64,000 bases of DNA from Azolla caroliniana (lineage: Eukaryota; Plantae; Polypodiophyta), in NCBI GenBank assembly GCA_043228905.1, contig JBHGNT010000004.1:3162001-3226000 (forward strand), read 5' to 3'. The notes under the pieces were generated by a model. The model had not been told where the DNA came from. It did not search any database and saw nothing but the letters and a program-made list of their open reading frames with translations. This document shows, piece by piece, positions 13,596 through 23,784 of this stretch. The first letter of the stretch is position 1. Each line of letters begins with the position of its first letter. Position numbers and translations under genes: made by a program.

Positions 13596-14088
13596 GATAC
13601 ATCAACTCATGTACTCAGTTTTCTAAGGTTGATCAGGACTATGGCATTGTATAAACCCTATAATGTAAATGTCAATGCATGAGGATGTTCAAGACGATAG
13701 CTAGAATCAGAACCCTAAACTCTCAACTCTTATCGTAGAAGGATGCACTAAGAACTAAAACACCCTTTAACCTGAAACATAAACACTCATAGGAATTTGT
13801 GCATAAACATTAGTCTTCAGGAAAGCACGGAAGAAGTGAGAGAATTCCAAAACCCAAATTCTAATTTTTATAACTCTAAATCATAACACCTAAACTAGAA
13901 ACACCACACCCTAGGTCTTAAGGACTAAATCCTAAACCATGGGCAAAGATTTATACCCAAAATCCTTAACTTAAATACGAAACCCCAACCAAGCATTAGG
14001 AAACTCAAAACTCGTACATCAGTTATGCAGTGGCAAGCAAATAAATAAGGCATATTTACTGTACAAAGAAATGGAGATGCAGGGGCAT

Positions 14089-14243
14089 CGACCTGATATA
14101 TTGACATATAATGTGTTGCTTGATAGTTTGTCGACCTGATATATTGACAATGATGGTATGACATATAATGTGTTGCTTGATAGTTTGTCAACCTGATATA
14201 TTGACAGTGATGGTATGACATATAATGTGTTGCTTGATAGTTT
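14089..14243. repeat. 57-bp tandem repeat, ~2.7 units
   Basis: Unit gtcgacctgatatattgacaatgatggtatgacatataatgtgttgcttgatagttt; appears as NYQATHYMSYHHCQYIR repeats in ORF 13925..14713. Confidence 0.9.
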
Positions 14244-14249
14244 TTCCTC

Positions 14250-16260
14250 TGTGCCCCCCATAAGAAATTTCTGATCAGCCTTTTTATCACTTTCATCGAC
14301 TTGGGTGTGATTATGCAACATGGCGTAGTATGCCATATTGTGGCCATTAGAACCTGATTTGCAATCACAATCTTGGTTGCAAAGGATAGTTTTCTTGCAT
14401 TCCACCATATTAACTTCGCTTTTATTTTGTCCACAAGTAGATTGTAGTGTTCTGAGCAATCAATGTCCATCTCGATTTTGAAACCCAAGTATCTAGTAGC
14501 TTCTCCTCTCCTCAACCATCTGAAATTAGGGTTTGGAGCCCAATTTACCACTGGCTTATTGCTAATCCAAAGGCCCATTGATTTATTCCAGTTTATTTTT
14601 GCACCCGATCCCCTACAAAACTCATTTATTGCACTTTGTAGTCTGTCCAAGTTGTTTGCATCCCCCTTAACATAGGTTGTTGTATCCTCAACATATTTTG
14701 TATCAAGCATCATTCATGCATCCTCGGGTAGGGGAAGACCTTGTATTTGCCAATATGTATAACCAATCTGATAATGCAAAGCTTCTGCTGCAATAATGAA
14801 TAGGTACGGGGTCAAAGGGCATCCTTGGCGTAACGATCGTGTCATCCTAAAGCTCTTCCCCAAGCTTCCAACCATTAAAACTTGGCTGGAAGCATCCCTA
14901 TAAAAGGCAGCCAATCCAAGGATCCATTGTTGCTTGAAGCCTAGGGCATCCATCATTGTTTCTAGGAATTCCCATGAGATCCTGTCATATGCTTTTTCGA
15001 AATCGAGTAACATTACTGCTAGGTCCACTCTTGCTCCTCCGCCCATGTTGAATACTCCTAGAAAGTTATCACATTGTCAACAATGCTCCGGTTTTCGAGG
15101 AAGCTAGTTTGCATTGTATGTATTATGTCCCCTAGGACCGTTTTCAATCAACTACTTACAACTTTAGCCATGATCTTATAGGCATTAGTGAGAATCGTCA
15201 ATGGTGGCCAATTATCAAGCATAGTTAGATCTTTCCCATCCTTGGGAATTAAATAAATCATTCCTCTACACATTGTTGGAGGCATTAAACCTTCAACCAT
15301 AATGTATTGCATCCCTTCCAACATGTCATCCTTAATTAGATCCCAATATTTGATGTAAAAATATATAGGGAGTCCATCAATGCCTGCACAACTTTGTTTG
15401 TTCATATCTGAAATTGCATCCCACGATTCCTGTATACAAATAGGGGTATTTAGACGGTCCATCATCTGAGCCGAAACTCTCTTCGGTATCCTATTTATTA
15501 TATTTCTAAAGGCATCCTGCTCAATATGTTCCTTGTTGCATACATTCAGTAGTTGCATATAATAGTTCGTGGCCATTTCAAGCATTTCAAGCATTTCCTC
15601 CGCGCGCGTGGTCATTGTGCCATCTGTCTTTTTCAAACATGAAGGTTGGGTCCTGGAGCCTTTAGATTTTACAGCTTCAAAAAAACCATTCGTAACACGG
15701 TCTCCTACCCTCATCCAACTTACTGCTTTACTACGATAGGCATTAGTAGTCCTTAGTTTCTGATACATATCTAGTTTGCATTTTGCCTCCTCTAGTTGGG
15801 CCTCAATCCATACATTATTCGGGTATTGTTCTCTTAGTCGCTGCATAGAAGTGAGTTTCCATTGCATTCTCTGTAGTTTCTCCTTCATCTCTTTTCTAAT
15901 TTCAGTTGCTTTCTTCCGAAAGAAACATGCACATTCCTCAATTTTCCCAGCCAGCCTATGAGCGGGATCATGATACATCCATTTGACATTAGACCATAGT
16001 CTTCTTATATAATTAGTCCATTTATTGTCCATGACCAACTCCTTGCTTACCTTCACACTATGTGGATTACATCAAATGTTTTCTTTTATATGTAACAGGA
16101 CGGGTGCATGGTCTGAGAACATCGGGACAAATTATGCATTTGCCTTTCATATCTATGAGCCGAGGGTCCAAATAGATATTGTTTTTGTATATACACCAAA
16201 ATCATAGAGAGAGAGGGATATTATTAACCTACACGTGACGTATAAGATCTAGGGGGATCA
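14250..16260 (-). mobile_element. Decayed L1-type LINE ORF2 (endonuclease C-terminus to RT), truncated
   Basis: FSDHAPV near 16100-16120; then SCAGIDGLP, LIPKDGKD..NWPPLTILTNAYKIMAK, LDFEKAYDRISW, RQGCPLTPYLF, GAKINWNKS, RYLGF, IRNFLWG. Broken by stops and frameshifts; the YADD motif reads YVED. Confidence 0.93.
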
Positions 16261-16544
16261 AGAGCAATCCTATGGCAAAGATCAAACTTGGACTCTCTAA
16301 AATTGATCACTATCATAGATTATTAACATCCACAAGTCTCTAGATATATTATAAATGGCCAGAAGAAAATGATACAATTTATGGGTAGAGCACCATGGGC
16401 ATGGCATGAATCAATCAAATTTGGGTTCAGAATCTCTCAAATGTACAACTTTGGTCCTATTGTAGGCATTGATAAGCCAACAATAACGGGAGGCTAATAC
16501 AATATGCAAGATAGGGTTCGTGCTCATTGAATGTAGGGAGAGAG

Positions 16545-16945
16545 GAGGAGAGATGATTCCTCCTTTGGGCATGAATTGGATGGCTCCGATTAGTCCTCGT
16601 ACATACTTGCATTCGTGTCTCCACACAAATGGTGATCACAACAAGTTTGTGTTGTGCTTTAGGATGTAATATCATGTTGCATAACAAAACGAGAACCAAA
16701 TGGGATAAGTAAGTTTGTTCATCCTTGTACACATCACAAGGGATCAAAGCTAGGCATGCAATGGTCACATATGTAATGGTCCTACTTCGAGAGATGGTTC
16801 CTACTTTGGGCATGCATTAGATAGCTCCTATGGACCATAGTACATACTTGCACTCTTGTGTCCACACAAATGGTGAATGCAACAAGTTTGTGTTGTGCTT
16901 TAGGATGTACTATCATGTTACGTAAAAAAACTAGAACTAAATGTG
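16545..16945. repeat. Direct repeat with ~240-bp period; a third partial copy at ~17250-17400
   Basis: gtacatacttgca...ccacacaaatggtga...acaagtttgtgttgtgctttaggatgta occurs at ~16600 and ~16840; tcaaagct.ggcatgcaatg.tcacat..gtaatggtcctacttc at ~16745 and ~17352. Confidence 0.8.
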
Positions 16946-17445
16946 TTATGCACACAACATAGGTGACGATAGGTCATTAATATTTACATAAGTGAAGGGG
17001 CCCATGCAGAAGTATAAATATGAGGCCCTGCTACCCTCATAAAACACATGACATCGGAAGGTTGTCATCTTAAGACATCAATATTAGTCATCCTAATATT
17101 TGTCGGTATGGGACGTTGGTGGTAAGTTGGCTATGTCTTGATCATAGCCCGGGGGTGGTTGGGTGGAACAAGTTCTTCTATCCAATCTATTTACCTTATT
17201 TTAGTTTACTTCGGTCTATTGAGTAGCAATAGACTTGTAACAAGACGAGAGAAATTAGTTAGTTTGTCTTTGTACACATCACACGGGATTAACCAAAGTA
17301 AACTAATATGTATATTTAATAATAGATTAACTTGTTTATTTTAGATAAAAGTCAAAGCTGGGCATGCAATGCTCACATTCGTAATGGTCCTACTTCAAGG
17401 CTCATTGCAATGTCCTTGGAATTGTTTGTCGTAGATTAACTAGCA

Positions 17446-17876
17446 TTAAATATCAAGTATTATAACTCAGAATGTAAATGTAAACGTTATGTATGCATGT
17501 ATGTATGGATATAGGTTAGTATGTATGGCGTATCTATTTATGTATGCTATGTATGCATGTATGTATGGACATAGGTAGTATATATGGCGTATGTATGTAT
17601 GTATGTATGTATGTATGTTATGCATACATAACATACATACACAGATAACCTACATACAATACTCACATACGTATCGCAGGTAACGTATACAGGCATACAT
17701 AACATACATACACACACACACACGCCATACATAATCTATAGGCTATATCCCTACATACATGCATAAAATAACATACATACATAGATAGATACGCCATACT
17801 TACTAACCTATATCCATACATACATGCACACATAACGTTTACATTTACATTCTGAGTTATAATACTTGATATTTAA
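17446..17876. repeat. 431-bp foldback (inverted repeat) with (TATG)n/(CATA)n core; MITE-like
   Basis: ttaaatatcaagtattataactcagaatgtaaatgtaaacgttatgt... at 17446 is the reverse complement of the sequence ending at 17876. The outer ~100 bp are near-perfect and both ends read TTAA. Confidence 0.92.
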
Positions 17877-18650
17877 CTCTACAAAAGTATTTGTTCATTT
17901 TGACAATGGGACTCACAACCCACGACGAAAGTTTGTGCCTCAGACTCGTCTTGATTTTCGCATGTATCCCTTGGCTTTGCTTAGACTCAAGTGTGTCCAC
18001 TAGGATATCCATGTTGATGTGGCACAAAAAACCATTCATCACGAAAATGGGGTCTACAACCTCCTCTCTGATTTGCTAATCCTAGGTCTAATTTTTATAA
18101 TCAAGTGAAGGAAGGGGGATGTGTCATGTATGAGCTCACCCATCAACTACAATGTAGCAAACACTACATTGTATGGTACTTTTAGATGTGGAACAACTTG
18201 AGTCATTCCTTATCCATCTCTTAGATGTCACAAACCCATACAAAGTTCAATAAACCTAATCCTTGTGGGCTCTATTCATTGAACAATAATTAAACAATAT
18301 ACTAATCCTAATGAGTTCATATTCTTTGAGCTCTAACTAAAGGTAACGCAATCTCTCAATGATTGTCTAAATGGCATCATGCCATTTGTCATGAATATAT
18401 AATACCCGAGTAAGGTCTATAATCATTGTTATCACTAGAAATGATATGTGTAACAAAATGCACCATTGAGGGTCTAGTTTCACTTCATCAAATTCTCTAA
18501 CATTGATTTATCTCTCCAAATTTCCCTAGTTAACTTAGGAAAATGGAAAGAAGTAATTAATTGCCCAAATAGCATATATAATTGACGAAAAGGGAACAAA
18601 ATAGTTGTATTCGTGGTTTATCGTCTACCTTCAAAGGAGATAGACTAAGG

Positions 18651-18885
18651 TTGGAATCGAGACATACTCACTTGATTTGTGCATGTATAGTTGGTTATGA
18701 GGCATGTGGCCAGAGGCTTATTTCATGATTTCACTGATGCTAGCAACCATCATGTGCGTGCACATTGGAATCGAGACATACTTGACTCGTGCATGTATTG
18801 CACATAGTTGGTTGTGAGGCATGTGGCCAAGAGTGTTTGATGATTTCACCGATGCCAATCACCATCACGTGCATGCATGCACACT
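18651..18885. repeat. Tandem duplication, 2 x ~115 bp
   Basis: ttggaatcgagacatact...atagttggtt.tgaggcatgtggcca...tgatttcac.gatgc occurs twice. Confidence 0.8.
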
Positions 18886-21800
18886 TCTTAATAATGTAGA
18901 CCAATGCACTTGAGATATGATTCGGCAACTTACTTGAAGTTTTCATTCACTTGGTAAACATGGAATGGATAGATGACCACACTCGCTTGGTTGGAGATGC
19001 AGTCAGATCAGAAGTCTTGGATGGTTTGGCAGAAGAAGATAAGGAGAAGGGTAGGATCGATATAACGGAAAACAATGGAAAAAAGGGAAGAGGGGCATCA
19101 ATGGAGAAGAGAGGGAAATTGGAAGGGGCATGCTTGCAATAATGGAAAACCTTACTTAGTTTTCATCTTCTGGTTAATATATAATTCAGAGAGACATGTA
19201 GAGAGCTCAAAAATATCGAAACCCTAGAAATCCTCAGCCACTATCTTCTTCTCCTTCAACCAGTATTATGTAAGTCCACAAAAAGAAGGTACCTCCAACC
19301 AGTATTATGTAATTCCAAAATTCATTATACAGTTGTAACTCTTATGGGAGTTGAATACAATACATGCTTCTAATTGGAGCCTTTGATCTCATTGATAATC
19401 AAGGAATAAAACAAGTGTATCAAAATTGCGGCAACTTGTAATGAATCATCACCATGAACTTACTTAATGCCGAAAATGCCTTATGCCTGTGGTTAACATT
19501 ACCACACCATACTTGTTACAGCACTCAATTGCATCTTGATCTCTCATACTACCACCTGGTTGGGCAATGACTCCTATTTTGGCCTTGCAAGCATCCTCTA
19601 CTGCATCATTCCAAGCTGCATACAGAATAATTTGTCAAACACAATCCATTCTTCAGTTGGGAATAGAGAATAAGTTATATAACATTAAAATCTCTGGAAA
19701 TCCGACCATAATTCGAACTCATGATCTTGACAATCAGAGGAACCAGAAGCTTCCCTTTATTCTTCGTAAAAGCTAAGAAGCAACTTATCCATATTTCAGA
19801 TTCAGAAAGAAAGTAAACAAGATTAATTTTCAGTGTAAAGTAATAAGCTCAAACAGCTTCTTTTACTGCCATCAACTTTAAGCAGGACCACAAATAAGCA
19901 CAGCACCTAAAAACTGAAATCACAAAGATAGTCGAGCAAAGGAATAAAAGATCGGGGTAATCTTTACAAACCTATCATCAACGTTTTCTCCAGAAAGGAC
20001 AAATACAAAGATACACACGAGAAGGAAGTTTGTGTACAAAATAGCACAAAGAATTTTACCTCATCTACTTCTACATTGAATGCGACAATTCCTCCAAAAG
20101 CATTGACTGGATCTGCTTCCACAGCCAGCCTGTATGCCTCAAGCAAATAATTTCCGCTAGCTACTCAACAAAGATTCATGTGTTTTACAATTACACAGGT
20201 AGGATGAGTATACCACAAATGGATTTTTTTTGTGGTATATGCAGGAGATGTCCTATAACAATTACCTTGATGCTGATGTTGCTTGGAATTGTGTTTCTGA
20301 ATTTACTCATCCTACCTGTGGTACAGGAGGTGTAGGTTGTGGTACAGGAGGTGCTTTCCGATGCAAAAAAAAGAAAGCAACTGGGAGAGGGAGCAGAAAA
20401 CGAAGAAAATGAAGTAAATGTCGATTATTAATAGAGAATCGATACCTGGAAGAGAAGACTTCTCCAGTTGCAAAGAAGGAGAGGTTTGTGCCGCTGTGTT
20501 GGAGGAAGCCATAGCGTGGAGGAGAGGCCAAGACGATGGAGTAGTGGAGATGGAAAGGTGGAGAGGCGTGAAGGGTCGGGGCCTGCAGCAGATGAAGCAG
20601 CTTCTGCGAGGAGGAGGGGAGAATGGAGACGAATGGAAGCAGAAACAGAAGTGGAAGAAACGGATTACGGAGAGGCGAGGGAGAATGAGAGTGCCACCAT
20701 TGCAGTCTGTCTAAAATTTAAATGCACAGAGAGCGAGAGAGAGAGATTCCAGCATTGCACTATCACTATTAATGAAGTAGACTATTAATGAAGTAGATAG
20801 TGAAGTTAGTAGAAAGGGGTGGATTATAATTTTGTTTTAATAACAAACATTGATTTACCAGGAAAAAAAAAAACCCCATCATTCTTTCTATATATATAAT
20901 AATATAATCTTACTGCTTAAGTATTCTATTAGTGGTACATGGTTATGAGAAACATTATTGTACTAAAACATGAGTGGAAGAAACGGATGACGGAGAGGCG
21001 AGAGAGAATGAGACAACTATCTCGTTAGCTTTCTTCTCGGGTTCCTGTCTTATGAATCGGACCATCTGCTGGACCTGCTTGGACACACATCCACATCATT
21101 CATCTGTCAATAATCTCTGCAAAGAAACCACGAATCAGTGAGGACAAACGGTGGTGAGATATATAAAGCTATAACTAAAATATCTATGGTACCGTTATAG
21201 CCGAGGCAATAGCCATTACCATGGTCGACATGTATCCGCAGATATGGCCATAACACATACACTGCAGATCTAAGCCGTCTGCTCTATGTTGAAGAATGAA
21301 TGAATGCTCAGAATTTCTTCTTCTTCTTCTTCTTTCCTGTGTAATATAATTAAAGTACAGAATCTCATAGTACATACATATATAATATACTTGAATGCAT
21401 TGGCAAACATTCTTTTGTACGAATGTAATCGAATTCGTATGTTGTTAAAACATTCTTTGTTTTCTTTTATACTTTTAACCTTAACGTTCTTAACTTAAAC
21501 ATAAATTCTTACCATTATTAGAACTTAGAAGTTTAGAACTACATACATACATATATGATATATGTATTATCGAGGGGAGTGGTGTTTCTTCATTGTCCCA
21601 CCACCACCATAAAAAAGACTTGGAGATGGGCAGTTGAAAAGTGAGTTCCGATGGTCGTGATTGTCGGACCACATGGAAGGGTTCACAAGTCTTGCACTAT
21701 ACATATATTTATGTATGTTGTCTCGGTTTACAATCTACAAACCCATCTTTCTCTCTCTTGTAGATGTGTGTCCATATTCCATGCATGCAAGAGTCATGAG

Positions 21801-23235
21801 GCAATGCCACAAGCATGACCTTGCTAACCAATTCTATCGGTTGATTTCCATGGTTTGGAAACTGGTCATCATACTAGGGCATGCGACAAACCCGTAAGGA
21901 CTTGTCATATGAGGCAATGTAGGAACCTAAGGTGTTTAGCTATGCGACAGGAATTGGATACACCCTTCATTATAACAACTTGTTGATGTTTCCAAGACTC
22001 GATTGTTGAGGCAAAGCTCTTGGTCTTCAAATCCATTTTCATCATGACTCCCAAGTATAAAATGATGGACATATTCAGAGGTATGGGACACCGGTTGGGT
22101 TTCGTGGTTAAGTACCCTTGAAGCAGTTTCTTCCCCTTGATCTTCTCATTTAATTGTTTGTCATTTGTATTTTGTAGCACTACATTTGCTTCCACAATCT
22201 CTTCTTTGATGCAAGTTGGGGCACATGCCATGAGACCTGTCATATATGCATTCAACTTTTGTTTTTCCTCAATTGCAATGCTCCACTTTCGATCACATTC
22301 AACTTCTTGTTTTCCCTGTATTTTCAGCGCTAATATATCCTCCCCTACACATTTCTCTTTCCATTGTGATGTGCTCTCAATTGCAATGTAGGTAAAAATA
22401 TGGAGTCATCTATCAACTCCACTTGGACAACATGAAAATGGTGGGTGTTGGTTCAACATATCATATTTGACCTACCTTAGAGCACGAAGAAATCTAAGGT
22501 TGAGAGCCTAGATTGAAATCCATGTTCATCTAGAGCAAAATCGTCGAAGGGAAAATATGCAACAAACGATACCACGAAGCAAACTACATTGTGTATGACT
22601 TGAAGCTAGGGAGATGGATTGAGGTTATAACTTCTTTATTCAACAATACAAATTATTAACACCACGTTGCCACCTTCAAGGATAGAGAACCAAATGTTCC
22701 ATGATCATTTATAGTAAACTCTCACACAAATGAGCCTCGTAGGTCTTGGTGACAAATAATCTTATAAGCCCGAATGACAACTAGTTATGGTAATTGATAT
22801 TAAGAGAAGTAAAAACGTCCTTTCCTCATGGAATGATGTTCAAAAACTTAGGAACAACATAAAAGCAAGCTCTTGAACTCAAGATGGATGTTAGATATTG
22901 CAACCACCATCATTGCTCAAGTATTCTATTAGTGGTACATGAGATACATGATCAAACCTCACATAATCCACGTGCAATAGGTATATACTCGAACCAAAAG
23001 CAATCAAGAAACACAGACAGAAGAAAAACCCAACAAAAGAAGAAAGCAACGAAATTTTTTAGGGTTTTTGTGTTTGCCTGTCTCTTTCTTTCTCTTTTTT
23101 AATCATGATTCATCATCATTATCATCGCCTTCTTCTTCTCTTCTGAGGTCGATCATCATCACCAAGACCACCACCGCCATCATCAATGTCAACAGTTTAG
23201 GGTTTCTCAATTGCTTCCAGTTATTGTTTCTCCTT
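18841..23235 (-). pseudogene. purH: Condensed locus copy B: purH exons 11, 8 (partly inverted) and 1, VHA-E exon 1, spacer
   Basis: Segments match 1-441, 2612-3110 (exon 11 at 19464-19615), 3785-4280, inverted 4263-4368, 7776-8185, 8125-8162, 11414-13410 and 58525-58800. Confidence 0.93.
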
Positions 23236-23321
23236 TCATCCATTTTAATCCTAGGAATGAGAAGAAGAAGAAGAAAAAAACTTCTTGTAATTTCACCTGT
23301 TGGCCTCTAGTTCATGTTTCT

Positions 23322-23769
23322 TGTTACCCGGCCGACAAAGACCAGGGTGTGAAAAGGGGAATTGTTATTTGGGAATCTATTGAAATTACTAGTCTTAATA
23401 TATAGATTAATATATGAGAAGATGTGGACGGACGGACCAGAATCGGTATGCCGATCCGGATCCGAACCGATCCCGAATAGGTGTCGGTTGACACCGTTTT
23501 GTACTTCGCACCAGTGACCTATATAAAGGCCCGGTTACAATGTAGTCATTAACGGAGAGTAATATAAACCTTTTGTTTAATCATTGAGCATTGTTCACCG
23601 TTTTGTGCTTATTGTATATCTTACGCGTGTTAATGACATATTGCTAAGTAATCGATTAAGGTCTAATTAAGCGTTGTGTCGTAAGTTATCTCGTCGTAAC
23701 ACCCTTTGGTGAAGTGTCTTAAGTGGACACCCTGTGTTAGGCTATTGTCCGGCCCTAAGGATTAATACA
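23322..23769 (+). repeat. 5' LTR of left Gypsy element (448 bp)
   Basis: Begins TGTTACCCGGCC, ends ATTAATACA, TATA-like ctatataaagg at ~23519; homologous in reverse to 31861-32310. Confidence 0.88.
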
Positions 23770-23774
23770 GTTTT

Positions 23775-23784
23775 TGGCGACCAC
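23775..23784 (+). promoter_or_regulatory. Primer-binding site TGGCGACCAC (tRNA-Arg type)
   Basis: Lies 5 nt after the LTR end and is conserved in the right element (gtggtcgcca, 31846-31855). Complementary to the ...GTGGTCGCCA 3' end of plant tRNA-Arg(UCG) as I recall it. Confidence 0.65.

Noticed and set aside
14089-14243. CRISPR-like array
   Set aside because: Units are contiguous near-identical repeats with no unique spacers; eukaryotic context and no cas genes.
13925-14250. 19-aa repeat C-terminus on the LINE ORF as a novel domain
   Set aside because: Read-through from the truncated LINE into an unrelated 57-bp tandem repeat and host sequence.
17880-18640. Short ORFs and possible TE relic
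   Set aside because: No motif I could recognise; left unassigned.
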